The notes: generated by a model not told the origin, from the sequence alone. DNA of 64,000 bases from Octopus sinensis (GCF_006345805.1 NC_042999.1:40672001-40736000), one strand, 5' to 3'; counted from the first letter of the stretch, positions 39,865 to 52,353 are shown. Translations and numbers: made by a program.

Positions 39865-40449
39865 CAGGACTCTTCCAATTTCCGCCAATTGAATCCACTC
39901 ACAAGGCTTCGGGCGGCCCGAAGCTTTAGATTAAGACTCTTGCTCAAGGTGCCACGCTGTGGAACTAAAAGCCGGGTACCATATGTACCATATGATTGGG
40001 GAGACTTACCACACAGCAACGCTTATACCTTTACATATATTACTCTTTTACTCTTTTAATTGTTTCAGTCATTTAACTGCGGCCATGCTGGAGCACCGCC
40101 TTCTAGTCGAGTAAATCGACCCCATGACTTATTCTTTGTAAGCCTAGTACTTATTCTATCGGTCTCTTTTGCTGAACCGCTAAGTTACGGGGACGTAAAT
40201 ACACCACCATCGGTTGTCAAGCAATGGTGGGGGGGGGACAAACACAAACACACAAACATATACACACATACATATATATACATATATACGACAGGCCCCT
40301 TCCAGTTTCCGTCTACCAAATCCACTCACAAGGCTTTGGTCAGCCCGAGGCCATAATAGAGACACTTGCCCAGGTGTCACACAGTGGGAATGAACCCGGA
40401 ACAATGTGGTTGGTAAGCAAGCAACTTACCACACAGCCACTCCTGCGCC

Positions 40450-40450
<1 letters not shown>
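39655..40450 (-). mobile_element. Two tandem SINE family A copies (39655-40025 old, 40042-40450 younger)
   Basis: Consensus match. Confidence 0.9.
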
Positions 40451-40482
<32 letters not shown>

Positions 40483-40503
40483 TATATATATATTATATAT
40501 ATA

Positions 40504-40538
<35 letters not shown>

Positions 40539-40871
40539 ATATATAATTATATATATATCCTAAACAAAGATTGTTAACAGCAGTATACTCACACGCGTCA
40601 GGCACACACAAACACACGAACACACAAGCACATATTTAAAAATATGTTAAAAATAAAATACAATTGGCCACTCCATTAACCATCACCCGGTAGTTAATGG
40701 AGCGGTGAAGTGTATTTCATTTTCATTTTATTGTGTTAATACTTTCTAGAATATGAACACATTGGTCACACCATTAAACATAGGTATGTTGTTCATGGAG
40801 TGGGTATCACAATCCTAAACATAGAAATAAATCTGTTCCGCCAAATATAGTTTCTACATATGAATTAATGT

Positions 40872-41220
40872 TGTTATGTCGAACAGCTGTTGTCGCGTGT
40901 AGGACGGATCCGTCTATCGGCCGAGTTCATAGTGAAGATTGATCCGCCGCCTTCCTTTGGCCAGGATGCGCAGGCAATTTTCCTCTGTCTTGTAGCAGTA
41001 GCGAAAGAGCTTGTATGGTGGCCCAGGGTCAATGAACTGAAGACAGACACCTTTCCATTCGGCCAATCCATCATCAATTTTTTTCAAATTTCACTTGGAA
41101 AGGAACTTCAGGGAGGAGAGTGATGACCCCCCCCCCACACACACACACACCAGTACATTTGCTACAAGGTGGGTGAATGTAGCGGAAATGGCTCGTATGA
41201 GTGGACCTACTCTAATAAAG
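40872..41220 (+). mobile_element. L1/Tx1-like LINE ORF2 C-terminal fragment
   Basis: Reads YVEQLLSRVGRIRLSAEFIVKIDPP...FLCLVAVAKELVWWPR...IINFF...RWVNVA, then AATAAA. Confidence 0.65.
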
Positions 41221-41261
41221 GGCCTGTAGGCTTGTGAAATTGAGGAGAAGTGTAACCTTTC

Positions 41262-41410
41262 CGAATACCTATTTACTACCCACAAGGGGCTAAACACAGA
41301 GAGGATGCAAGGACAGACAAATGGATCAAGTCGATTATATCGACCCCAGTGCGTAAATGGTACTTAATTTATCGACCTCGAAAGGATGAAAGGCAAAGTC
41401 GACCTCGGAG
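41262..41410 (-). mobile_element. SINE family B 3' part
   Basis: Consensus match. Confidence 0.85.
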
Positions 41411-41442
41411 AATACCCTCGAAGCGTCGGGTGGTTCAGAGGT

Positions 41443-41605
41443 GAGAAGAAGAAGAAGAAGAAGAAGAACAAGAAGAAGAAGACACATAAGAAGAACAGAA
41501 GAAAAGAAAAAGAAAAAAGAAGAAGAAGAAGAAGAAGAAGAAGAAGAAGAAGAAGAAGAAGAAGAAGAAGAAGAAGAAGAAGAAGAAGAAGAAGAAGAAG
41601 AAGAA
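41443..41605. repeat. (GAA)n microsatellite
   Basis: Directly visible. Confidence 0.95.
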
Positions 41606-41611
41606 GGGGAA

Positions 41612-42368
41612 TTTAGTGAGATAGCAGTGCATGCCATCAAAGTGACACTGGGATAAAGTATACGGAGCCCACTATACCCATCATGGCTCCTCGTCTGTTA
41701 AAAGTACGCCAGGCACATGCATCACAGCCATATGTGCGGGACATGGCGATCTCATATCACGATAAACAGCGCATGATTTTGCAGGTGGGGCCCATATAGA
41801 ATTTTCTTCAGGTTCAATAGCCCATCCCGGTCAAATGGTCCCTAAATAAGGGTTGTTTAAGGATGTTTTACGAAACACCCGTTTCCAAAGGTGTATTATC
41901 CAGTTCTATATTTAAGAGATGAGAAATTATGTATATTATTTACATTATTTACATTTGACGGATATTTGGGCTCATTTGTTTGTTGTTAACATAATGTTTC
42001 GCCTGATATACCCTCCAGCCTTTATCAGGTGTCTTGGAGGATATCTCAGCCGAAACGTTGTGTTATCAACAAACAAGATGAGGACAAATATCCGTCAAAT
42101 GTAAATAATGTGAATTATCCAAACCACAAAGAATTCCTCTCGACACATTGCTATGTTGCTCCCACACTATTTATGCTCATGATCAGAGATGCACATATCG
42201 TCAGTCACTAAGGAACATGCTCAACTGGTTAGGGTCAAACAACTTACAAGCAAATCTGTGGTATTTACTGTAGCCCATCTTTTTTTCAAGAAATATGTAC
42301 AAGATAACGCTTCCATTCAGTTAAGATTCAGAAGCCATGAGAGCCACCACCTGGTACTGCATCAGTGC

Positions 42369-42371
<3 letters not shown>
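41612..42371 (-). mobile_element. TAA-associated non-coding element, apparently full-length (~550 bp net), interrupted by an insertion
   Basis: The 5' end abuts (AAT)n at 42371; homologous to 4868-5340. Confidence 0.8.
41903..42109. mobile_element. Second, truncated palindromic copy of the hammerhead-SINE family
   Basis: Same sequence as 24075-24213 in inverted arms; TSD gtg(t/a)attatcca at 41891-41902 and 42110-42121. Confidence 0.85.
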
Positions 42372-42427
<56 letters not shown>

Positions 42428-42428
<1 letters not shown>

Positions 42429-42751
42429 GTATTTTCCTTCTTTCTTCAAATTTTCTTCCGTTTCTCGCCGAGTGTTTTCTATACACCTAGGGCAGAGAAG
42501 GGCATTGTATGCATTCCCAGATTACACGCGCAAATTCACAGATAACATATGTATTTAAAAATTAATAAATAATAAATAAATTCATGGATGGATGTTATTT
42601 TCACAGCGATAGTGCTCCTCTCAGTACATGAACCGTTCCAGTTAATACGATTTTTTGCACTTCCTGTAGGGATGGTAACCCTGGAATCATTTTCAAATAG
42701 GTTTCAGTGCCGTTTTTTATCATTCCTAGAGATCCTACAATCACTGGTACT

Positions 42752-42753
<2 letters not shown>
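42428..42753 (-). mobile_element. 5'-truncated R4/Dong 3' end (third family) between (TAA)n arrays
   Basis: Reads TVPVIVGSLGMIKNGTETYLKMIPGLPSLQEVQKIVLTGTVHVLRGALSL*; ATT arrays at 42371-42427 and 42753-42840. Confidence 0.88.
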
Positions 42754-42831
<78 letters not shown>

Positions 42832-42840
42832 TTTATTATT

Positions 42841-42910
42841 GAGTGAGAGAGCGTGCATGCCATCAAAGTGACACTGGGGTAAAATATACGAAGCCCAGCA
42901 TACCCATCAT
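42841..42910 (-). mobile_element. 3' end of the TAA-associated element, cut by the gap
   Basis: gtgcatgccatcaaagtgacactggg matches 41627-41652. Confidence 0.85.
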
Positions 42911-43010
42911 NNNNNNNNNNNNNNNNNNNNNNNNNNNNNNNNNNNNNNNNNNNNNNNNNNNNNNNNNNNNNNNNNNNNNNNNNNNNNNNNNNNNNNNNNN
43001 NNNNNNNNNN
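42911..43010. other. Assembly gap (100 N)
   Basis: Run of N. Confidence 1.
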
Positions 43011-43029
43011 TCTCATTAAATAAATGAAT

Positions 43030-43310
43030 AAATATTGGTTGTACATTTTGGCACAAGACCAACAATTTTGGGGGAGGTAGTAAGTCGATAGCATCGAACG
43101 CTGAGTTCAGTTGGTACTTATTTCATCGACCCCGAAGCATAAAAGGCATACTTCCAAACACCGTATGTCAAGACCATTCACTCAAAATACATTAATCAAC
43201 TTGGGACTAATACAAAAGCAACGTACCCAATGCATTGCGCTGTGAGATTGAACCCGAAACCACGTGTTTACCAAGGGAGTTTTTTTAACCGCACAACTAA
43301 GCCAACGCCT
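43030..43310 (-). mobile_element. Degenerate SINE B 3' part followed by a SINE A head
   Basis: Diverged matches to both consensuses. Confidence 0.65.
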
Positions 43311-44203
43311 TATTTGGTGCAATTTTAAGACGCTCAATTTTAAACCTTGTCTGAATTGGTTGAATGCTGTAGTCTTGAAAGAATCGAGATTCTACGTTAC
43401 TTCTAGATTGTCAACAATTTTTTTTTTTCTTTTTGGAAGCTAAAAAAATATTTTTGTGTTCATTATAATTGCATTTATTTTTGATATTAATAAACTTGGA
43501 TTAATTCTGCTGCTACTGCTAATATTATCTACACACACACACACACTTATATAAGCGCACATAATCGCACACATCTGCACACAGATATATATATATATAT
43601 GCACATTGTTATGTATCTCTACATATGTATATATGTGTATGTGTGTATACATATATGAGTGTATGTATGTATGTATGTATATATGTGTATATATATAAAT
43701 ATCTAGTATATATATTTATTTATATGTGTGTGTGTGTGTTTGTGAGTGTATGTGTGTATATACATATATATATACATAGAGAGAAAGACTCATAGACACA
43801 CACACAAGTTTGGTGATCCACTCACCACCACACACACCACAACACACACACACACACACACACGTATAACTTACACACACAAACACAATGAATGGAAGTA
43901 ACACCCGGAGCTAAACATCTTAATAAACCAGTAGTGAAATGTTTCTTCAAATCACACCCATTTGAACAGCTGCAATGTCTGACTTGTGAAAAACCTACTG
44001 CCTCCTTTTCCATTGTAAACTCTCTTTTCAGACGTAAATCAAATTTACGCAACAATATTTGTTACAGAATGAAATAACACAGAACAAAAATGAAATTCGG
44101 TGTATGTAACTTAAGCTGAAGTAGAAAACAATAGCCGCCTACGTATCATACCTAATGTAGATATACATCAGTGACTGGAAAGATACAGCCAATATCAGTG
44201 AAT

Positions 44204-44591
44204 GTGGTGGAAGCACTCCGTCGGTTACGACGACGAGGGTTCCGGTTGATCCGAATCAACGGAACAGCCTGCTCGTGAAATTAAGGTGTAAGTAGCTGAG
44301 CACTCCACAGACACGTGTACCCTTAACGTAGTTCTCGGGGATATTCAGCGTGATACAGAGAGTTACAAGGCCGGCCCTTTGAAATACAGGTACAACAGAA
44401 ACAGGAAGTAAGAGTGAGAGAAAGTTGTGGTGAAAGAGTACAGCAGGGATCACCACCATCCCTGCCGGAGCCTCATGGAGCTTTAGGTGTTTTCGCTCAA
44501 TAAACACTCACAACGCCCGGTCTGGGAATCGAAACCGCGATCCTATGACCGCTAGTCCGCTGCCCTAACCACTGGGCCATTGCGCCTCCAC
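44204..44591 (-). mobile_element. SINE family D with 10-bp TSD
   Basis: atcagtgaat at 44194-44203 and 44592-44601; tRNA-like head, tail shared with family C. Confidence 0.93.
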
Positions 44592-44837
44592 ATCAGTGAA
44601 TCTATTTCATATATCATTGTACCTCATACGTCGGAGACGGCCCATCTAGTCTTGCCATATGGCTGTAAATACACGTTATTGACAAGCACTAAGAAAGCTA
44701 ATGCATTTGATGTTCTCGCTAGCCGCTTCCCGGACGATTTTTTGTCCTCCCCTGATACATGGTTTGCTTTTACATAGCTAGTTTATATGATATTTTATTT
44801 TGTATGAAAATCGAAGTCTCTTGCATATGAATGGTGT

Positions 44838-45218
44838 GATGATGGAAGCATTCCGTCGGTTCCGACGATGAGGGTTCCGGTTGATCCGATCAGCGGAACA
44901 GCCTGCTCGTGAAATTAACGTGTAAGTGGCTGAGCACTCCACAGACACGTGTACCCTTACTCGGGGATATTCAGCGTGACACAGAGAGTGACAAGGCCGG
45001 CCCCTTGAAATACAGGTACAACAGAAACAGGAAGTAAGAGTGAGAGAAAGTTGTGGTGAAAGAGTACAGCAGGGATCACCACCATCCCTGCCGGAGCCTC
45101 GTGGAGCTTTTAGGTGTTTTCGCTCAATAAACACTCACAACGCCCGGTCTGGGAATCGAAACCACGATCCTACGACCGCGAGTCCGCTGCCCTAACCACT
45201 GGGCCATTGCGCCTCCAC
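44838..45218 (-). mobile_element. SINE family D with 9-bp TSD
   Basis: gaatggtgt at 44829-44837 and 45221-45229. Confidence 0.93.
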
Positions 45219-45574
45219 AGGAATGGTGTATAAACATTATGTATAATACATTGGTGACTAATTTTTCTAATTTTTAAAATTATGCTTAGCTTCGCCCTTA
45301 CTGTAGGCACACTCGACAATTGTTGAAACTCCCTGACCAGTTCTGTTTGTGATATTAGTTCGATTTTTCTATTGTATCAATTTCAGCCATTTTGATATCG
45401 ACAAGTTGGTAGAAAATTAAAAATTCTTTGTGACATTTTCTTTTGACTCTTTACACACTGAGTTCAAATACTGATGAGTTTAACTAGGTAGCTTTTCCCT
45501 GCGAAATATATAAAAAAATGTAAGTCTAATATTGAAGTCGATGGGCTCGTCTAACTCTCACTTATCCCAAAATC

Positions 45575-45960
45575 GTGGAGGCGCAATGGCCCAGTGGTTA
45601 GAGCAGCGGACTCGCGGTCATAGGAACGCGGTTTCGATTCCAGACCGGGCGTTGTGAGTGTTTATTGAGCGAAAACACCTAGAGCTCCACGAGGCTCCGG
45701 CAGGGAATGGTGGTGATCCCTGCTGTACTCTTTCACCACAACTTTCTCTTTCGCTCTTACTTCCTGTTTCTATTGTACATGTATTTCAAAGGGCCGGCCT
45801 TGTCACTCTCTGTGTCACGCTGAATATCCCCGAGAACTACGTTAAGGGTACACGTGTCTGTGGAGTGCTCAGCCACTTACACGTTAATTTCACGAGCAGG
45901 CTGTTCCGTTGATTCGGATCAACCGGAACCCTCATCGTCGTAACCGACGGATTGCTTCCA
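45575..45960 (+). mobile_element. SINE family D
   Basis: Near-identical reverse complement of the two preceding copies. Confidence 0.93.
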
Positions 45961-46228
45961 TCCCATTTAAATGTTTATTTGTTTATTTGAAGAGAGGTTT
46001 TAAAACAATATGACACATCGCTTGAAGGTAGATATGGCTTAAATATTTAAAAAATTTATGTTGCATATTATTTGATATACCTGTATTTTCCTATAGTGTT
46101 CATGTTCATGCCATTGACCACTTTAAGTAAGTTCTCTCTGCTCGTTCTTATGCAAACTTTCTGCTACGTATGTGTTCTGTTCTTGTATGAGTTTCAGTAA
46201 GATGGCTGCTGATGACAAGGCTGGACAA

Positions 46229-46277
46229 CAGCCGTGGTGATGATGCCTATGCAGGTAGAAACACATGTCCACGGCTG
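46229..46277 (+). ncRNA. Type-I hammerhead motif with 8-bp stem I (C3G)
   Basis: cagccgtg-GTGATGA-tgcct atgc aggta-GAAA-cacat-GTC-cacggctg; AATAAA ~17 nt downstream. Confidence 0.75.
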
Positions 46278-46626
46278 CCCTCTTATCCTTGAATAATAAA
46301 CGATGTCCTTTTTCTTAAATGTATATCAATTGTTGATTTTTGATATTTCCTCTCTTTCTTATATGGAGTTGATCTCAATTGCTGTTTAATAATTGTGACA
46401 TACGACCTGAAAGCGGAATTGGTTTCAATAAACAAGAATTCACGTAGTAAAGTATTTAATACGCCATTATTCATCTATTCAATTTTGTTCCTGAACAATG
46501 GATTGGATAGAAGGTAGAGAGTCATTGAAAAAAATAGTTTCTTTCTTGATGTATTCATTTTATTTATAGTACGCAAATGCTAATTTAATCATTGCTAATC
46601 GTTTGATTAATTATGTATAACATATC

Positions 46627-46935
46627 TTTTATCTTTTACTTGTTTCAGTTACTATATTGAGGCCATGCTGAGGTACCATATTGAAGATTTTTTTAATCGA
46701 ATGGCTCGATACTAGTACTTAGTTTTTTGGGGGGTTTTTTAAGGTTTGGTACTTATTCTTTTTTTTTAAGGCTTGCTACTTATGCTAAGTAATGAGTATA
46801 TAAACACACCAACTCCGATGGTTGGGCGGTGATGAGGGATAAACACAGACACAAAACACACACACACACAGATGCGTGCGTGTATATACACATATATATA
46901 TGTTTATAAATACGACGAGCCTCTTTAGAATCCAG
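46627..46935 (-). mobile_element. Degenerate SINE family A 3' part
   Basis: Diverged consensus match. Confidence 0.7.
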
Positions 46936-47245
46936 GCTACATATGTTTCTTAGCCAGAAGAACCTTGGAAGTAGTAATTATCCAGACGAAGGGCAATCCC
47001 CTGCTGCTAACCGTAAGCTATAAAACAATTTTTTCAGCTTATCGAACTTTGATGCGGGAAAAATTTACATCCTTCCATGTCAGTATACCACTAGTGTTCC
47101 TGAAAGTTGTGTTTTATACCTTCTGTGGACTACTCGAATCTTACTACCTTCCTACACTTTGACCTTTGGATCTTACCTTACATATATATATATATATATA
47201 ATATATATATATATGTTATATATAATATATATATATATATATATA

Positions 47246-47380
47246 ATTGAATAAGTAGAGTCAACAAGGAGTACGGTTAGACAGTTATTTAATAAACACT
47301 ACACACGTTTCGCTACAACATAAATCCACATATACACAATGTTTAAGCAACGGTTTACCCGTATAATGGGATTTAGTTGT
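47246..47380 (-). mobile_element. PLE-like end with the 3' half of a hammerhead
   Basis: Minus strand reads acaactaaatcc...ggatttatgttgt agc-GAAA-cgtgt-GTA; abuts (TA)n and is cut off by the adjacent SINE. Confidence 0.5.
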
Positions 47381-47720
47381 GAAGGCGCATGGCTCAGTGG
47401 TTAGGGTGTCGAACTTACGATCGTGAGGTTGTGAGTTCGAATCCTGGACCGGCTGCGTGTTATGTTCTTGAGCAAGACACTTTATTTCCCGTTGCTCCAG
47501 TTCACTCAGTTGTAAAAATGAGTTGCGACGTCACTGGTGCCAAGCTGTATCGGCCCCTTTGCCTTTCCTTTGGATAACACTGGTGGCGTGGAGAGGTGAG
47601 GTGGGTATGCATAGGCAACTGCTGGTCTTCCATAAACAACCTCGCCCGGACATATGCCTGGGAGGGGGGGGTAACTTTCTATGTGCAATCCCATCGTCAG
47701 TCATGACCGAAGGGGGTCTC
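47381..47720 (+). mobile_element. SINE family C2
   Basis: Homologous to 9866-10192. Confidence 0.9.
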
Positions 47721-47818
47721 AGCAGGGATCCAATTGTATTTCCTCATGTGATATATATTGCTACTCTGTTAGTAAACCTTTGACTTCGATGTTAACACAC
47801 ACACACACACACACGCAC

Positions 47819-47902
<84 letters not shown>

Positions 47903-47905
47903 CTA

Positions 47906-48317
47906 GCACTCCGCCGGTCACGACGACGAGGGTTCCATTTAATCCGATCAACGGAATAGTCTGCTCGTGAAATTAAACGTGCAGTCGCTGAACACTCCAC
48001 CGACACGTGTACCCTTAATGTAGTTCTTAGGGAGATTGAACGTGACACAGAGTGAGACGAGGGTGGTCCTTTGAAATACAGGTACGACTCATTTTTGTCA
48101 GCTGAGCGGACTGGAACAACGTGAAATAAAGTGTCTTGCTCAAGGACACAACGCGCTGCCGGTAACTGAACCCACGATCCTAGCTTAACCACTAAGCTAG
48201 TCGCAAGGCTTTGGTCGTCCCAAGGCTATAGTAGAAGACAACTTGCTAAAGTGCAACGCAGCGGGAGATAACTATGAATCATGTCATTGGAAGGCAAGCT
48301 TCTTACCACACTGCCAT
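47906..48317 (-). mobile_element. SINE family C (47906-48200) abutting a SINE A head (48203-48317)
   Basis: Consensus matches. Confidence 0.85.
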
Positions 48318-49522
48318 ATAAAATACCATGAGTGGCAGTGAACTACTTTTTTGTATAAGCGAACACAAACTTTTATACAAAACTGAAAGAAAATCTGGGG
48401 TTTGTAATGATTTGAACTCCTGCATCACATATAATTACGGAATCCTACTAGTTTCTACTCACGTGGTGTATTATTGAACGAAACGTCGTCTTACTATTCT
48501 CGAGTGGGTAAATAGTAAAAATTAGCAACCGGATATTCAATGGCAAACGTCCAGATTTAATAAAAATATCTCCGTCGACATGCCGCTTAGTTTAATTCTG
48601 CAGCAACATTTCTCCTTCAACGCCTTACGACACCACAGCTCCCATCATCATCATCATCATCATCATCATTATCATCATCACAGCCTCCTCCACTTCTTCC
48701 TCGTCGTTCTACTCCTCCTTATCATCATTATCGTCGTCATCAAGTCAACATACGATGAAGATGCTTAATAACACTTCTATAGATCGTATGTCGAGTATAG
48801 GGCAAAATTAACAACGAATTTCAATTAATTACACTGAAACAACACTGTAAATGTCACGTGACTTAGACAATGGGACTCTTTATTGTGTGTATAGTGTCGG
48901 TCGGTCGGTCGGTAGAGAGGGCATGTTTTTATTCGGTCAATGTGTTGAATCAGTTTACATAGTTTGCAAGGCATAATATTACGTTCAATTTACCCTCGGA
49001 GAAAACTGACGACAGTGGTGTTTTTTTTTATATATATTACTGTCACTGTTAGTTTTAAAATTATTATCATTATTTCTATTTTTTCGAATGCATTTCGGTA
49101 CCAAGCTAGAGTAATAGAAGACCAGGGGATAATAATTGTAGTGGTGGAGGGCGACGGCAACGGTGATGATGATGGTGGTGGTGAGGGGGCATATGCGTTG
49201 ATGATGGTGACTTATGTGGGGATGATGGTGGCAATGGTGGTGCTAGTTATCATTTTGCTAGAATGGGCGTTGTTTTTATACATACTGTTGATGGAGAGAT
49301 AACAGTTGTGATATTTGTAGGCGTAGTGATGGTAGCAGTGGTGACAGTGACAGTAAAAGTGGTGGAGGAGGTGTTTCCTTGTTTGTTATATTATTTGCAA
49401 TATTTGCTGTAGACGTAGAATAGCCGAATCGTATACAAGCTCGGTTCGTAATCTCATGATCCACGGATCGAACTCGCCACGTGGCCTCTTGAGAAGATCT
49501 CATTTTTTTTTATAAACTAATA

Positions 49523-49940
49523 GGCGTAGGAGTGACTGTGTGGTAAGTAGCTTGCTTACTAACCCCATGGTTCCGAGTTCAGTCCCACTGCGTGGCACCT
49601 TGGGCAGTGTCTTCTACTATAGCCTCGGGCCGACCGAAGCCTTGTGAGTGGATTTGGTAGACGGAAACTGAAAGACGCCCGTCGTATATATGTATATATA
49701 TATATATGTATGTGTGTGTGTATATGTTTGTGTGTCTGTGTTTGCCCCCCCAACATCGCTTGACAACCGATGCTGGTGTGTTTACGTCCCCGTAATTTAG
49801 CGGCTCGGCAAAAGAGAACTATAGAATAAGTGCTACGCTTACAAAGAATAACTCCTGGGGTCGAATTGCTCGACTAAAGGTGGTGCTCCAGCATGGCCAC
49901 AGTCAAATGACTGAAACAAGTTAAAGAAAGAATAAAAGAA
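49523..49940 (+). mobile_element. SINE family A, full-length
   Basis: A box tgactgtgtggtaag, B box gagttcagtccc, internal TA/TG repeat, tail actgaaacaag(taaaagaa). Confidence 0.94.
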
Positions 49941-50361
49941 TAGTCGACTCATGCCTTGTGAGTGAAACTGAGAAAGCGGTGACTATAAGCACCCATCAGA
50001 CCGCTTGCACTTGTTATTGAAAGGCCCAACTATATCACACTGTGTCACACTGATTCCGTCTGAGAATTATATTAAAGGTACGCGCGTCAGTGGAATACTC
50101 AGACGGATAACATACACACGTATGCGTTAATTCAAGGAGTCTGGTTGTTTAGTTGATTGAATAACTAATATGTCTTTCGCGAAATTTCTGAAATTTCAGC
50201 CATTTTTTTTTTTCCTTAAGTGTTTGCTGTTGAATGAATGGCATTGTATCTAGGGGAATGTGGTGTCTATGATAGTATGAACGGTATGGTATTTGCTTCA
50301 GTATGGATGGTGTCGTATTTGTGGTGGTTCTTTAACAGTATAGGCTATCTGTTGTTTGTGG

Positions 50362-50562
50362 CAGTGGTTTTCAATCAGGGTTCCGCCAGTACAGTCCAGC
50401 GGTTCCGCAAGAAGTTACAAAACTGCTAAAATCGGCAGTAATTTTTAATTCTCCTGTGCAGATATGTGTGCATAAAACTATTAAATTATTGCACAGGGGT
50501 TCCTCGTACCAGTGGAATGTTTCCTTCAGGTTCCGCTCCAGCAAAAAGTTTGAAAAGCACTG
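50362..50562. mobile_element. hAT (Charlie-like) MITE
   Basis: TIRs CAGTGGTTTTCAA / TTGAAAAGCACTG; 8-bp TSD gtttgtgg at 50354-50361 and 50563-50570. Confidence 0.92.
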
Positions 50563-51576
50563 GTTTGTGGTAATATGGGCTGTGTGCTACCTGTGATACT
50601 GCGGTGTCTGTGATAATACGGGCAGTGTGATATCAATGGTAACTATATAAAGATTCAGCTAGTACATTGAATAAAATTTCGTTGTGTTGTTGATATTTTA
50701 GCCCCGAAAAGTCTCTGATTGAAGATACACGTGACCAAATACATTCCAAGCGTGACTATTCCGTTTTAATTTCAGACTCAATTTATTCAGGATTAAATTT
50801 TCTGTTCAATTCTCTTCTAATATAGAGGGGATAATATTCAGGCTATTTACCTGCTATTTCTACCAAATCGAGAATGTGGCATATTTCTGTAAATGAGGAT
50901 TGTTTATGATGGTGTTGTTTTTGTTGTTGTTTTTGTTTTTCAGTAACATGTCAGTCATGATACAATCGATGGAGGTGTTGTTGATAAACAATAAAACGAG
51001 ATATTCACGGTAAGAAAGGTAGCCTAAGTGGCTAGGATATTGCACTCACGGTCTCGTGATCGTGGTTTCAATTTCTCGAATTACATATATAAGTGTACAT
51101 GTGTGTGTGTTTGTGTGTGTGTATGTGTGTGTGAAGTGAATGTGCATTCGTGTGTGTGCGCGCGCATGCGTGTATGGTTATATAGGGATATATGTGTAAA
51201 TAAAGACAATCTGAACAAACAAGTATTTCTCTGTAATTGCCATGCTATTGACATGTCTCGCTCTGCTAGACATAAGGGAAGAGGGTTACCTTATCAATAC
51301 ATGATGACACGTGATGACATGTGCAGAAGCAGTAACAGGTGGGCACTGACGAGTTTATTGCTTCCAAACAATCAGAATGTTGTTTCCCTAAACACGTGTC
51401 AGTTTTGAAAAACTTTTTATTCTTGATGTTTTCTTCCATTCTCACTTGGAGCTTGCCCCAAACGCTACCTAGCGATTGTTTTATCTTCTCTAAAAGTGAC
51501 GATAGATTCAATAAATCAAGATTATTTACGTTGTATAGGATTTCATATACCTGCATTCTTTTATTCATATTTCTTT

Positions 51577-51972
51577 GGCTGTGTGGTAAGTAGCTTGCTA
51601 ACCAACCATATGGTTCCGGGTTCAGTCCTACTGCGTGGCATCTTGGGCAAGTGTCTTCTGCTATAGCCCCAGGCCGACCAATGCTTGTGAGTGGATTTGG
51701 TAGACGGAAACTGAAAGAAGCCTGTCGTATATATGTATATATATATGTGTGTGTGTATATGTGTTTGTGTGTCTGTGTTTGTCCCCCTAGCATTGCTTGA
51801 CAACCGATGCTGGTGTGTTTACGTCCCCGTCACTTAGCGGTTCGGCAAAAGAGACCGATAGAATAAGTACTGGGCTTACAAAGAATAAGTCCCGGGGTCG
51901 ATTTGCTCGACTAAAGGCGGTGCTCCAGCATGGCCGCAGTCAAATGACTGAAACAAGTAAAAGAGTAAAGAG
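51577..51972 (+). mobile_element. SINE family A
   Basis: Consensus match. Confidence 0.94.
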
Positions 51973-52055
51973 TATACGAAATGTACGGCACTGATCAATT
52001 TTAAGTTTTTTCTCTGCTCGTTTTTGTCCAGTTATGCATATACATACATGATCAG

Positions 52056-52303
52056 CTGCAGGCGTGGCTGTGTGGTAAGAAGCTTGCTTTCTATCATTTC
52101 ATCTCATTATGTCCTTGTCCAGCCCGCAGCTTCCTTTCTTTGTAAGGCCTTTATGGCCATTTTAATGAATAAAAGAAGCTTGCTTTCCAGCCAAATGGTT
52201 CCTGGTTCAGTCCCACACGGCACGCTGAGCAGGTGTCTTATAATTTAGCCTCGGGCCGATCAAACCATCTAAGTAGATTTGGTAGACGGATATTGAAAGC
52301 CCG

Positions 52304-52353
<50 letters not shown>

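Noticed and set aside
51301-51350. C/D box snoRNA (ATGATGA...CTGA)
   Set aside because: It is too short, with no terminal stem and no recognisable guide.
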